Source of the DNA: Octopus vulgaris
Lineage: Eukaryota
Reading direction: 5' to 3'
Length of the DNA stretch: 64,000 nucleotides
Assembly (NCBI GenBank): GCA_951406725.2
Contig: OX597819.1
Span: 126,790,001-126,854,000, forward strand
The position numbers and the translations under genes are program-made. Under the pieces are notes generated by a model, which worked only from the letters and a program-made list of their open reading frames with translations, did no database searches and was not told the origin of the DNA. This document shows, one piece after another, positions 13,105-28,392 of this stretch (positions are counted from its first letter, which is position 1; each line of letters opens with the position of its first letter).

Positions 13105-13602
13105 TATGTGTCTGTATGTGTGCGTACAATGTGTACTTGTATAATTAAAACAGTAAATCTCTGCCACGTGTTTTTTTGATGGTTATCGTTTGAGAATGAA
13201 TTATTGCCTTATTTTAAAATGTGTTCTATCGTCCTAGAAATAAGGACACGAAATAAAGTAGTAGTTATAGAAATACAGAGTAAGAGACAAGACGATCATA
13301 GTTGGCTTGGACGTCGGCTAACTTTGTCTTTATAAGAATAGTACCAAAACGGACTTGACTATTTAACCATCTAAATATAAAATATATGATCAACTATACG
13401 ACTTATGATATGACGAAATATATGACTAATGTAAGATATAATCAAAAATAAGACTGATGTAATTGACCAGCTAACACTCTGATGAGTCAACGAAAGAGTC
13501 TCTTCGTGGTTGCTGAGCTTGCGGGGCAACTCGTTGTGAAATAATCCTAACCGCAACCAACCTTCTTAAATGACAAAATGACATATTTCATATATATATA
13601 TA

Positions 13603-13948
13603 TCTTTAATTGTGTCAGTCATTTGACTGCGGCCCATGCTGGGGCACCACCTTTAGTCGAGCAAATCGACCCCAGGACTTATTCTTTGGAAGCCTAGTAT
13701 GTATTCTATCGGTCACTTTTGCCGAACCGCTAAGTTACGGGGACGTAAACACACCACCACCGGTTGTCAAGTGATGTTGGGGTCACAAACACAGACACAC
13801 AAACACATACACATATATACATATATATATCTACATATATACGACGGGCTTCTTTCAGTTTCCGTCCATCAAATCCACTCACAAGGCTTTGGTCAGCCCG
13901 AGGTTATAGTAGAAGACACTTGCCCATGTGGTTGATAAGCAAGCTACT
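13603..13948 (-). mobile_element. Second family-B SINE with an internal deletion removing the B-box region
   Basis: Colinear with 11725-12150 but jumps from ..GACACTTGCCCA to TGTGGTTG.., consistent with a CCA microhomology deletion. Confidence 0.85.
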
Positions 13949-15245
13949 TTATTTCATAAATATTTGCCACCGCACAAAGCCACTCATATATATATATATA
14001 TATATACACACACATATATATTGCTAGTTCTTGATACATCCTCATATTTTCATAGCTAGATTACTTTTATCATTAGAACTGCAAGATGTGACTGATCTGT
14101 GGCTAAAATTTTGACAAAATTATATCCCTTGTCACAAAATAGTAATTAGTTTGAAAAAGCCACTGTATATAAGAATAATCTGACTCGGCATTTTTGTTTT
14201 CCCCTATTTATGTATGCCGAGTATTTGTGAGTATAACTTATGGTGAGTGCATTTGTTGTGAAAATCTCACAGATATTTGAACATTGGAAGATGAACTTTG
14301 ACTCACAAAATCACATGTATATCGATTTGAGAGTGTGTATATATAATGTTTGTGTGTGTGTGTGTGTATGCGTGTGTGTGAGAAATAAAAATGAGCTAAG
14401 AAAAATAACTCAGTATCTAGTGATATGTATTTGAACAATAAGATAATGTGAAAGAACATACAAGATTTGTCTTTCAGAAAGTATCTTAGCTTCCTCAGAG
14501 AGTAGACAAATAGCATTGTAACAATTCTCCAAATGAGAAAAACGAGACAATCGCAAGAAGTAGGAATTCTCTAATACTGATCTGACATTAGGGAAAATAT
14601 ATTCTGTAGACTAGAAGGCGACTGTGAACGTGTATTTCTGACTTAACAATCTCATCAACAAGCAAGACACTTAGGGCCTACGAAATTTGCATAAGTGAAA
14701 CGAAATCGGGCATGTATTTGAACAACGAAGACGAAGAAGGCTATAGTAATCAACCTACAAGACAAATTCTTCATTTAACCGTCTTACGTCAAGTAACTTT
14801 GGATGTATACCCTTCGCCGCTATGGGTTATATCAGGAAACATGGTATACATGCAATAATTATTATAATCAACATTTACTTAATTTCTTGGTGCTTATTCA
14901 ATATGATGATTTGAATACCAATTTTTAAAAGGGAAAGCTAACATGGATTTAACTGAAACAAATTACTCAGTTGTATATGTTTTTCCATAACTACCTTATT
15001 ATTTGCCTCTTCTCCCCTCCTTTATGATTCTTTCTCATTGTGTGGAGTAACGTTCCTTTGCCCATTACCTGCTATCAAGCCTACTATGTGTACTCATCCC
15101 TCTCCTCTTGTATGAATTCCCTCTCTTTCAATTATTCTCGCACCTCCTCTCTCTATTCGTTGTAAAGCATGGCTAAAGAAAAGAACCAACCAACCAACCA
15201 AAATTTATATCCGCTATTATTGTATTGTATAGAGATATAGTTGCG

Positions 15246-16205
<960 letters not shown>

Positions 16206-16629
16206 GAATATTGGATACGTGAGTGTTAGATTAAAATGAATTTTAGCAATTTCAAAAAAGTTATTCTCGGGTAAAATTGCTCTGAATTTTAAATGAAATT
16301 AAGAGAACATCGTCTGCAAATCAAGGAATGTATTATACTTTTTTTAAATTATAAATTTGTACAGATTTTCTTTATATTGATTCTCACGTGACATTATCTC
16401 TTCTCGTTGTTTCTGCTATATATTTTATTAAATAAAAGTTGTTGGAGTTCTACTCTCTATTTTCTCTCCCCGCCCTTTTTTTTTCTCATTTCTTGAAATA
16501 TAAATATTTTCTTAAATTTATATTTCAGATGCAGTTGTTTTCTTTATTTATTAGAATTTATCTACAAAATCTTAAGTCGTTTTTCACCACATTTCTTTTT
16601 TGCTTTCCACAAATACATACATACATACA

Positions 16630-16711
<82 letters not shown>

Positions 16712-17379
16712 AAACACCAATCCGTGTTTGCGTGAGCAGAATGAAAGTTTTATTTGTTTGCCTATACTTGTAGCCTAGTTATTTTAATAACCACTTTTCA
16801 CTGACATGTAGTCAGATAAAAGAAAAATTTACAGTATAAGCAAAAAGAAAGAAAAATAAAACGTTATTTCTAAAAATATATTGATAAGACTGCATTTCTA
16901 ACATGCACAAATTACGTTGTTTTATATTTTGAATTGTCGCTTCTGATTTTTCTCCAGCCAAATCAAAGAGCTTGTTAACCAATACTCTGCTCCTTGGATA
17001 TTTATCAGCGTGGACGTATAGTAATATTGTAACAAGGCATAGAAATATTGTAACAACGCATAGTAATATTGTCACTCGTTTGTTTCGTTTCACTTAGGAT
17101 ATGTTATGGTCGACATTGCTTTCGTTGCTATTATTGTTTAGCTCCAAGCTAAACTTTGTGAAGACTGATGTCCAAATGCACTCCAGCCGTGACCATACTG
17201 TCTTTTACGTTAATGTCGGACTACACAATCTAGTGCTCTTTTATTTATTTAAGAGAGCAGGGAATGATTTAGCGGGATTTTGATAACCAACTCTAGCAGG
17301 TCGAATACATAATATATAAGCTCCCACTGGATTGAATAGCAATAAATGTCAGAATCAGTGGACCATCGATATAAGTGAC

Positions 17380-17952
17380 TGGAGATATTTAGTTATCGTC
17401 CTTTACATTCTGAGTTTAAATCCCACATAAGTCAACCGTATCTTTCACCTTAGCAACCCTGCCATTTTCTTTTAAAAGATGGACAAGTCTCCGAAACGCT
17501 TGATTTCTAACTGTCCGAGGTTGATAAAATAAAATACCTGTTTCATCGACTATGATCATTAACCAAAATTGGTGATCTTATATCCGAAGTGAGCAATGAT
17601 AATTATCATAATTAAGGTGGTGAGCTGGAAGAATCGCTAGCATGTTGGACAAAATACTTAGCGGCATTTCTTCGAGCTTTTACTTTCTGATTTTAAAATT
17701 TCGCTGAGGTCGACTTGGTGTTTCATCCTGTCAGTATCGATAAAATAAGTACCTATTTCTTTACTACCCACAAGGGGCAGGCAAACGGATTAAGTCGATT
17801 ATATCGACCCCAGTGCGTAACTGGTACTTATTTAATCGACCCAGAAAGGATGAAAGGCAAAGTCGACCTTGGCGGAGTTTGAACTCAGAACGTAGCAGCA
17901 GACGAAATACGGCTTCGCATTTCGCCCGGCATGCTAACGTTTCTGCCAGCTT
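17380..17952. mobile_element. Family-A SINE cluster including an abutting inverted pair (+ 17613-17752, - 17753-17952)
   Basis: The plus copy body is interrupted at AGTACC by the tail of a minus copy. Confidence 0.8.
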
Positions 17953-17974
17953 GTAGGTTCGAGGTCAACCCATA

Positions 17975-18200
17975 AGAGTAAACAAGAGACACAGAGACAA
18001 GGAAACAAGGAATACTATACAAATATTCTTTTTAAAAAATTGTTCATTTTAATTTTCCAACATTTAATTTTTCAAAATTTGTTTTCCATACTTACAGTTG
18101 AAAAGGTCTCAATGACCGAACCGGTTCTGAAATGTTTTTTATAAAATTATTTTAGCATACTCTTCCTTGATTTTTTTGTTTTTACTATATATCAACTCGT
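17975..18200 (+). mobile_element. Penelope-like element terminal fragment with degenerate minimal hammerhead motif
   Basis: TTACAG-TTGAAAA-GGTC-TCAAT-GACC-GAA-CCGGT-T-CTGAAA at 18092-18132. Confidence 0.5.
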
Positions 18201-18216
18201 GTGTTCCTTTCCAACC

Positions 18217-18253
<37 letters not shown>

Positions 18254-18319
18254 GTTCAGTGTCATTGGCAAATGTGTGCATCTGCCGATTGTGATTAAGG
18301 TTATCATTATCAATATTAA

Positions 18320-18928
18320 TTGGCTGCGAGCTGGCGGCATTTCGTTCTTGTTTACGTTTTATGTTCAAATTCTGCTGAGGTTGACTTTACCTTTCATCCT
18401 TTCGGGGTCAATAAATTAAGTACCAGTGAAACACCAGGGTTGATGTTATCGACTAGTCTCCTCCCGACAAATTTCAGGCCTTGGTACCGTTAGTAGAAAT
18501 GATTATTATTATTAAGGCCGGGAGCTGGCAGAATCGCTAGCACGCCGGGCATAATGCTTAGCGGCGTTTTGTTTGTCATTACGTTCTGAGTTCAAATTCC
18601 AGCGAGGTCGACTTTGCCTTTCATCCTTTCGGGGGTCGATAAATTAAGTACGAGTTATGCGCTGGGGTCGATGTAATCCACTTATCCCTTCCCCAACAAT
18701 TTCAAGCCTTGTGCCTCTATCGTAGAAACGATTATTATTAAGGCGGGCAAAATGCTTAGCACCATTTTGTCTGTCTTCTTGTTGTGAGTTCAGATTCTGC
18801 CAAGCTCGACTTTGCTCTTCATCCTTTTCGGGGTCGACAACATGAATACCTGTTGAACCCTGGAGTCCATGTAATCGACTAACCCAATTCCCTGAAATTG
18901 ACGGCCTTGTGTGAAGATTTGAAATAAT
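18320..18928 (+). mobile_element. Three tandem family-A SINE copies joined by (ATT)n
   Basis: Body repeated at ~18360, ~18590 and ~18790; junctions GATTATTATTATTAAGG. Confidence 0.85.
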
Positions 18929-19595
18929 GTTTACTATCGTTAATATACGGCTGATAGTCTTTTCCCTCGATTAAAAGTCTGTTCCTAACGCTTACTTTAA
19001 CCCAAGATTATTCAAGAAATACTCTTGCCCACTCATTGGGTTTCAACAGGGGACTACGTGGATGCTAAGAAAATTTCTTAAGTACGTTTTGCTACCGGTG
19101 CACATGCCACTTTAAACCCAGTATCTCTCTCATTCATTCATATTTCTTATATTTTTCAGTGTTGAAATTTTTTTAATTATATATTTTTTCTACTTCAGAA
19201 AAATTAATATTTCTATTATTAAATGTTTTTGCTTATCATTTTCCAAATCAGAAATGTAAGTGAAAATAAAAAGAAAGAACAAAACAAAAATCAATAAACG
19301 TTGCGTAGATGGTTGTGAGTTGGGTGCGCGGTCATATGAGACTACAAAAGTGAACGAAGTAAAAATAAAAAAATAAAATGACGTTGATAAAATCTACAAA
19401 CAAGAGCAAACAAACAAACCAGAAACAGAAGTCATATTTGTAAAAGATTATTCATCCATGAGGGCAACAGTTAATACATATGTTACCATTCGGAATAAAT
19501 TTGACCAGATGCTGCATTTTTGACAATGGTGACGGGAATTAAAAACGTATTACACGTTCACCTAGCATTCCACACACACACACACTCTCACACAT

Positions 19596-19630
<35 letters not shown>

Positions 19631-21786
19631 TTTAGAGATAGTAGGCCCCTTCATCACACCATATAAAAAGGATTTTTTATTGTAAATACGTACTACTTTA
19701 TAACTTGGCTACACGTGTTTCATGAGGTACATTTCCCGGTTCCTAAACCACTCTGTGTTTTGCTGAAACCATTCTTAAAAAAATAACCCCAATCATCAGG
19801 CCCCTATATCACTTTCTCATAGTTCAATACTATAAACTGTATATATATAATACTCTGTGTGTGTGTTTGTGCTTGCGTGTGTGTGCGCTTGTGAAAAAGG
19901 GAACTGAATCCTTACCTGTACTAGTGAGAAAAGTGATGTGTACATCTATATGAGAGAGAGAAAGAGAGAGAGAGAGAGAATACTATTGTAAAGAACACAG
20001 TATTATGGGGCTTAAAGAGCAATATACTAATGTCATAGTTAAGGTCATGGGTGGATTATCAGCTGAATGGCTACCGATAATTAAAAATAAACTGTAATCT
20101 TTAACAATTGAGATGATGACGTAGCGAATGATTCAAATGGAAAGGAATGTATTAATCTTATGTATTCCTTAGCTCGGGACATTCACCGTTAACAAGAAGA
20201 CCTCTATGTGGTTGCTCAAGCTACTGGAAGCAGTAGCAGCCCACAAGCCCTCAGATGACAGCCTACTGTCTTATAACAAAGGCATATAATTGCCCTTGTC
20301 CTTTCATTAGTTTGGCCTTATGCAAATGAGACGTCAATAGCCTTCGCAGGTGCAATCAAGGAATATATAATGTGTAAGTGTGCATATGTGCGCGTGCATT
20401 GTGCTATATTAATCAATAAGAATTGAGGAAATTCAGTTCAGCCGAAGTGACTCAATCTCGAAAATGAAATCTTCGCAAAATGCCCACACATAGTTTTATA
20501 ACTTAACTTAAAAAGAAACAGGAAGAATTTTAAAAAACGAATAATCACAAACAGGCTTTGTAACTTCCATTTCTACAAATTCAAAGTATTTTACCCGTCG
20601 CAGTCTAAACTTAAGACTCCTGTTAAATTCTGATTTCTTCAACTGGGCAGATATATATATGTGATGCGCTATGTAAACTGTACTATTATTGCGTACACGT
20701 CGTATATTGTTAGCAACTGATGTCAAAATATTGTTCATTTACTTAACCGATGGTTTCAGGTATTTATCTTAGAAGTGACTCTTTTTGTGTACCTTTTTGG
20801 AGTGAGATCAATTTTAGATTTCTTGTCAATTTAATTTCTGCTTGATATCAAGGTTTTGATATTTGCATGAAATCACAATTTCCGAGAGGAGTCGATTAAA
20901 TCTTTCTCCAGTATCTGACTGGTACGTTTTTTATCGACCATCCAGTGAGGAATAGAAAATCTGAATTACATTGAAAATATAAAATGGCGAAACTACTGCA
21001 AAGACCATTTGACTTAGGTGTGTACGACTTCTGGTATCGTTTCTGTCACGGTTCCTTTTTAGCAATCTGTTATATTTTAATAATTCAATTTGCATAGCTT
21101 TTGATTTTCTAATAAATGTGAAAACAAGTTCAGCTAACCAGTGTGTAATTACGTATGATATGATCGAATCAGGGATGGGTATTCAACTGTAAACAGTCTT
21201 TCCTCGGTTACTTATCTTAGCATTTAATCACATTAATTCTTTTTATTAGGACTGACAGACTAGTTACTTGATGCGCATCTAGTGTTGTGCCAAACGGAAC
21301 GGAACAAGAAAGACAAGCTATCTGGCACTTTTCGCTCCTGAACAGCATTTAAAGAATAGCTGTTGAAATCCATCACTTAACGCCGATTTGCGAAACTCTT
21401 TTTCTCACGAACAAATACACACATGTCTATGTATGTATGTGTGTGTGTGTGTATGTATGTATGTGATTCCTGTTAGCAAATGAAACATGTGTAATGGTGG
21501 ATAAATAATACCATAATATTTTCCAACTTCCTGTTTTATTTCACACACACACACACACATTCATTTGAGGAACTGGCTCTCAAAACACATGTATGCTATG
21601 AATAATGGTATGCAAATACTGAACAGCCTACGACTTACTCTATCCCCCAAAAGTTTGCTTAATCCAATACTTACATTTGTAGGATTTACTCGCTTCAGGA
21701 CCCAGTTTCAAAAAAAAAAAAAAAAATTCCACGTTCTTTCAAAAGTTTACGAATTCTTATTAGAAGAACGCACGCTCTCTCTTTCT

Positions 21787-21853
<67 letters not shown>

Positions 21854-22530
21854 GTTTAGACAGATATGGTTTTTTAAGGTATGAACTCTTGACGCTCGTA
21901 CCCGTGTGACTATTGTCGGCCATTCAATAGCGAAATTTTAACTATTCCATTAATCTGTATTGTAAATAAAGTATTATTTGATTTTGAAATACAAGTAACA
22001 GGTGTGCAATTTATGGTATCATATGTAGATGTTGCATTTGAAGTTAAAGTTTTTAGGAAGCTCTTTGATCTAGAGTTCATGAAATATTGAAGTGCAATGA
22101 GACAAATGCTAACGTACACACGTCTGCTTAAATATGTCTGACTACGTGTATATATACGTGTGCGTATATGCCTACAAATATGTGTACACGTGTGTGTGTG
22201 TGTGCGTACACACACACACACACACGCACGCACACACACACACACACACTTTCTCTCTCACAGAGACAGACAGAGACAGTGAGAAGATGCTTACCAGCAT
22301 GGAGCGCCGCTTTCAGGTTTTCTTAGTTGGTCAGTCGATCATATTTAATAAGCTAATTATTTAAGACTCTTCTTTATTTTAGCGATCACATTATTATACG
22401 GTGTAGCTGAGTCCCGTTTTTCACGTAACGAGATAGAGCTCACACGCACATATTTAGACCGTACTCTGTGTGTGTATCTACACACGCACTCACGTATACT
22501 CACTGACACGTATCTTTTCAGACAATACTA

Positions 22531-22607
<77 letters not shown>

Positions 22608-22620
22608 GTCTGTCTGCCTA

Positions 22621-22659
<39 letters not shown>

Positions 22660-22821
22660 CCCCCCCCCTTTTTTTTTTCTTTTTTTCCCGTTCCCTTTTG
22701 ATCGGAATTTTACATTTGTTTCCCTTTTGGTTCTTTTTTTCGTTTTCCATCTTCGAAAAGAAAAGCTCTACATTTGTATTTGTCCCCTCTGTAATCAGCC
22801 CTGTGTGGCCAATAAAGATAG

Positions 22822-22875
<54 letters not shown>

Positions 22876-23329
22876 GCCTCTCTGCTTGTCTTTCTCACTC
22901 TGTCTCTCTCTCTCTTCCTCTCTATTAGTTTATCTATCTAGTTAACATATATGATGTATATTTATTAGCGTTTGTGTTTCAAGTTATTTCTATTTGTATG
23001 TGTGGGTGCGCGCACGTGTGCGTACGTGCAATATAAATTTTCTTCGAGACATTTCGGATTTTTAAAATCCAAGACGATATGTTACCTATTGGCAAAGTAT
23101 TTAAAACATCTCTGAATATCTTCGCGTGTATGTAAGTACCTGATTCACCTAATGATTGACAGATTAGTTTTATGCATTTCAGGTGTGCATATATCTGATA
23201 TCGGAATCTCAGGTGTTAAATCTTTACATTGTTTTGCATATCTTCACTGTAGAATAACTTGTCTGGATATGGAGGATGTAATTCAATTTTAATCGTTCCT
23301 TCTTAAGCGCCAATAATTATTAATAAATA

Positions 23330-23362
<33 letters not shown>

Positions 23363-23405
23363 ATGTATGTATGTATGTATGTATGTATCTATGTATCTAT
23401 CTATG

Positions 23406-23476
<71 letters not shown>

Positions 23477-23739
23477 ATATATACATGCATATATATGCGT
23501 TCATATGTGTGTATGCATGTTCATAACTTGTTTGAAAAGTTGTTGGTACTTTTTGGTTCATGTAAAAGTTTACTTTTGTGCTTTTCGTTCTTAAATCTTG
23601 CACCCAGAGGCAAATCTCCAGTTTACTACATACACACACACACACACACACACACAGTGTAGAGAGATACATATCCATATGCTGGATATATCGTTTGCTC
23701 AGCCCCTACGATTCGAATAAGGTGCTTAGGGATGTTATA

Positions 23740-23772
<33 letters not shown>

Positions 23773-23972
23773 GATCCACAACAACAACAACAATAATAAT
23801 AATAATAATAATAATGACAGCAAAATGCAACAACAAAAATAAGCAGCAACCAATTAATTTCGCTATTATTAGATTAAATACAAGTAAATTTAATTATTGT
23901 GGTTGCAGTAACGAGAAAGCAAAATGAAATAAAACCAGAAATAAATATTCCACACACACACACACACACACA

Positions 23973-24019
<47 letters not shown>

Positions 24020-24357
24020 CCCCTCGAGCTGTGTTTTTGGACAAGTACTTAATTATTTCAATGATTTTATTTTACTATTATAGAGATGTATTTCTAGTTT
24101 TAATATTTATAACTCATTCACGTTTATTGGTCCTCATTCATTTCCGCTCTCCCGCCGCTCTCTAATTTCCCCCTTTCTCTCTCTTTCTTTCTCTCTCTAA
24201 CTTAATTTGTTCTTGTTGTCGCTGTTATTATTGGTCCTTCGTATACCTTCTAGTTTAAGGTCGCTGACATCCTTATCTAATTTAGCTGAACAACAGCAAC
24301 AACTAATACACTACAACTGCATATGAACTTCAATTTTTGCCATGTCTCCTCCTCTTT

Positions 24358-24399
<42 letters not shown>

Positions 24400-24432
24400 T
24401 CATCAATCGCAAAAGCAACTACTTCTATAATA

Positions 24433-24647
24433 TATGTATTTACTACTCACAAGGGGCTAAACACAGATGGGACAAACAAGGACAGACAAACGGATTAAGT
24501 CGATTACATCGACCCCAGTGCGTAACTGGTACTTAATTTATTGACCCCGAAAGGATGAATGGTAAAGTCGACCTCGGCGGAATTTGAACTTAGAACGTAA
24601 CGGCAGACGAAATACACCGGCGTGCTAACATTTCTGCCAGCTCGCCG
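24433..24647 (-). mobile_element. Family-A SINE with ~9-bp TSD
   Basis: TCTATAATA at 24424-24432 and 24648-24656. Confidence 0.85.
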
Positions 24648-25002
24648 TCTATAATAACATCCACTGTTGTGGTGTTCAGTAATGCAACAACCACCAACTC
24701 CAACACATGGCAGCCATCACTGCCTTCATCTTGACTACACTACCCGAAACGTTTATTCTTACTTCGTCAACGAACTCAGCCAAACAATCATCATTTTACC
24801 GGCATCCCCATTATACTCATTCTGCCATCATAGACACTGAAGCATCATCACAATCATCGCAACCAGAACAGCAACAGCCATCCTACCATAATCGTCGTAT
24901 CTTCTGCAAACATAGTCACACCATCGTTACTGCAATTGTCTCACCGTCATGTCCATTCCACCGATGTTGTTGCCCAACCATAACTACAGTAATCACAGCC
25001 AT

Positions 25003-25450
25003 CAGGGTGGTGAGCTGCCAGGATCGTTAGCACGCTGGGCAAAATTGCTTAGCGGCATTTTGTCCGTCTTTACGTTCTGAATTCAAATTCCACCGATGTC
25101 AACTTTGCCTTTCATCCTTTCGGAGTCGATAAAATAAGTACCAGTTGTTAAAACTGGGGTCGATGTAATCGACTCATCCCCTTCTCACAAAATTGCTACC
25201 TTTGTGGCAAAATTTGAAAACATTATTATAAAGAAGGCGGCGAACTGGCAGGACTTTTAGAACTTCCTGCAAAATGCCAGCAACGTTTCATTCGTATTTA
25301 CCTTCTAAGTTCAAATTTTGCTGAGGTCGACTTTACCATTCATTCTTGCCGGGTCGATAAAATAAAGTACCAGTTGAACACTGGGGTGGATGTATTTAAC
25401 TTACACCCTCCTTAGAAATTATTGGCCTTGTGCCAAAATTTTAAATCAAT
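25003..25450 (+). mobile_element. Two tandem family-A SINE copies
   Basis: Head GGTGGTGAGCTGCCAG / GGCGGCGAACTGGCAG, each followed by body and tail. Confidence 0.85.
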
Positions 25451-26037
25451 AATCTCAGCAACCACCAACTTCGTCAACACCATTCTACCATCGCCATATT
25501 ACCATCATTGCAATCACTGCAGGTGCCAACCATCATGATCATTCCGTCATGTCTGTTACTATACCAGCACCACTACAGTCATCTAATCACACCGTCCCCT
25601 TTGTCCCTCCCTCCAACAATACCAACACCATACTACTACCACCATCACCATTAACATCACCACTGCTAGTACCACTATATAAGAAACACTTTAGGTGGTG
25701 GGATTTGTTTGCTATTTCTAATAGGTCGAGATATTGCATAGAGTCTCTAGGCGGCTCCTTTATCAGCAGAAACCATGGCTACAATTACCACCAGCGTTCC
25801 CATTAATAGAATTATTGTCATTTGTACAACCTTTCAATCTTACAGCAATCTCTGTCATTCATTTAAGGTTATCTTACTCCCTCCATTACTCTTCCACCTT
25901 TTCCACTTCCATCTCTCTCTCTCCCTCCTCTGCCCCCTTACTCTTCCCACTGTTTCTATTTCCTCATATCTTTATTTTTTTCGTTCCCTCACATTTTTCT
26001 TTTTCCCTTTTCAGTCTTCCACTCATTAACGCCTTCG

Positions 26038-26165
26038 CTTCTTCTTCTTCTTCTTCTTCTTCTTCTTCTTCTTCTTCTTCTTCTTCTTCTTCTTCTTCTT
26101 CTTCTTCTTCTTCTTCGTCTTCTTCTTCGTCTTCTTCTTCTTCGTCTTCTTCTTCTTCTTCTTCC
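26038..26165. repeat. (CTT)n microsatellite
   Basis: Direct reading. Confidence 0.97.
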
Positions 26166-26196
26166 TCTCAGTATGTGTGTATGTATGTATATATCT

Positions 26197-26228
<32 letters not shown>

Positions 26229-26519
26229 CTCTTCTCATCTTACCCCATATTTACTTTTATCTCCGACAGCCTTTCATTTGCTTCTTCTGTCTCTCCACCA
26301 CCACCACCCCACCCCTACTTTCTCTCATAATTCTTTTCTCTTCTGACATATATTTACTTCTCTTGTGAATATGTTTGTGTGTACATGTGTGTACATATGT
26401 GTGTGTGTGTTGTGACACCAATATGGCTGCAATCGTACAGTATAAGAGAATTGAATATATTTCTTCCTGCAGCCATTACATTATTCCCTCATCAAGAATT
26501 ACCACCACCAAAACCACTG

Positions 26520-26554
<35 letters not shown>

Positions 26555-27122
26555 GCCTATCTCTGATTTGTTTTCATCCTTTTTCAATAATTTACATTAT
26601 GTTAATTGCTATCATCACATCTTCATATCATGTGTGCCTTATTGTTGTTGTTGTTTATCTTTTTTCGTTGATGGGCGAGAGTGGATTGCTAAAGGTTAGC
26701 AATTATGGCACACAATCTCTGTTAGGAATGACAATATATCCTCAGTCCCTCAATAATGACGGGAAGAAGACTGTTAACTGTGTTAACATTTGAGCTGTTG
26801 GGGACAGATTATCTCCCTGGAGTCTTTGCTCACCACTGAGGTTATCTTATATGGATCTGATCTCTCGCTCTCTCTCTCTTTCTCACTCGCTCTCTCCTTA
26901 TCTGTCTCTAGAAGGACATATAAATTTCACTGAATAATCTCATTAAGTGCTGCTGCTTGTTTTATTTATGTTTTTTATCATAGTTTTGCCCACTCATATT
27001 GCCGTAAATGCGTAAATGCGTGTCTATGTATTTGTAAATATTTGCTTATACGTATGTCTGAATGAATGAAAAATCTACTAGGTCTCAAGTATACATATTT
27101 GTCACCAGATATTAGGATATAG

Positions 27123-27196
<74 letters not shown>

Positions 27197-27999
27197 GTGA
27201 GTGATTGAATTTATGCATACACAAACGTAAAAATACACGCTTGCAAATATATATGAAACGCATGTATGTACAAAATGCACACAAACCGTGTATCTTATAC
27301 AATTTGCACACATTTTATAGACGGTGAAGGCACATAATTGTGTGCAGTATCACAGGCGTACACACTGGTGCAGCCATAATGCAAACTTACGAAAGATCAC
27401 AAACTCATTCACGTACACAAATACACACCGTGTATATGGACAGAACATTACACTTGCACGCATCATTATATGCATATTCACAAATATACACACTTTACTG
27501 GTACAAAAGCAAGACGCAAACTTTCTCTCTCTGTCTGTTTCTCTGTCATGCACACACACACACACACACATACAAATACACGGAGGAATATGCAGAAAAA
27601 TAGCTGATACAATTATACTCCATAGAAAGACAAACTCGCAAATGCAGCCATAGAGTAATACAAAATCAACTACACAGACACACACGCACACACAGATTTA
27701 TACAGAACTGTATGTATATACTCAGACACGTGCAAAACTATACACACTGTGAACTGTAACAACCAATCTCAGTCACAAACACACTCACAAATTAACACAC
27801 ATACTCGCAAACATAATACAATGAACTGGCACAACCATATCCTACAGAAATAAACTCACAAACACCTTACAGTGACACACAGTCAGTCACATCTACACAC
27901 ACACAGACACACACAGCACACATTGATTGTTAAACAAGAGAGTCGCCGATGAATGCAATAAATCCACCATGTTTTTATTGTTGTCAGCCTCACCTCATC

Positions 28000-28361
28000 C
28001 TTTTAGAAAGCAAATTAAATAAGCAGCTTCTAATTCAGCCGACTTGTTATTGTATTAACGTGACCACATCTCGTTGACGTGATTGGCAAGCTCTGACAGC
28101 GGGGGGCGAGGAGCTGAGGTCAGACCGTATTTTTCATATGTGTTTGGTTTGTTGAATGGGAGGGTAGGACATGTTTGCCTTCGCGCGCGCGCAGTTGCGT
28201 ATTATCTTCTGCGTGTTTTCTGTGTATGTGTGTGTATTAATAACTGTACAAATTCTATATTGTATTAAACAAGGTAATTTGTATCTTCGCATGCGTATGA
28301 ATCTATCTTGATACGTTGTTTTCGATTCGGCTTATATACTTAGGCATATTCTAACGTACTT

Positions 28362-28392
<31 letters not shown>

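Noticed and set aside
12442-13167. Cys/Tyr-rich and Thr/Ala-rich (mucin- or antifreeze-like) ORFs
   Set aside because: Pure trinucleotide repeat with no splice or domain evidence.
23079-23137. ATG...GTAAGT as Pax first coding exon
   Set aside because: The donor falls in phase 2, incompatible with the phase-1 acceptor at 37740.
24707-25030. 107-aa S/T/Q/H-rich ORF
   Set aside because: Degenerate (CAT/CAA/CAC) low-complexity sequence running into a SINE.
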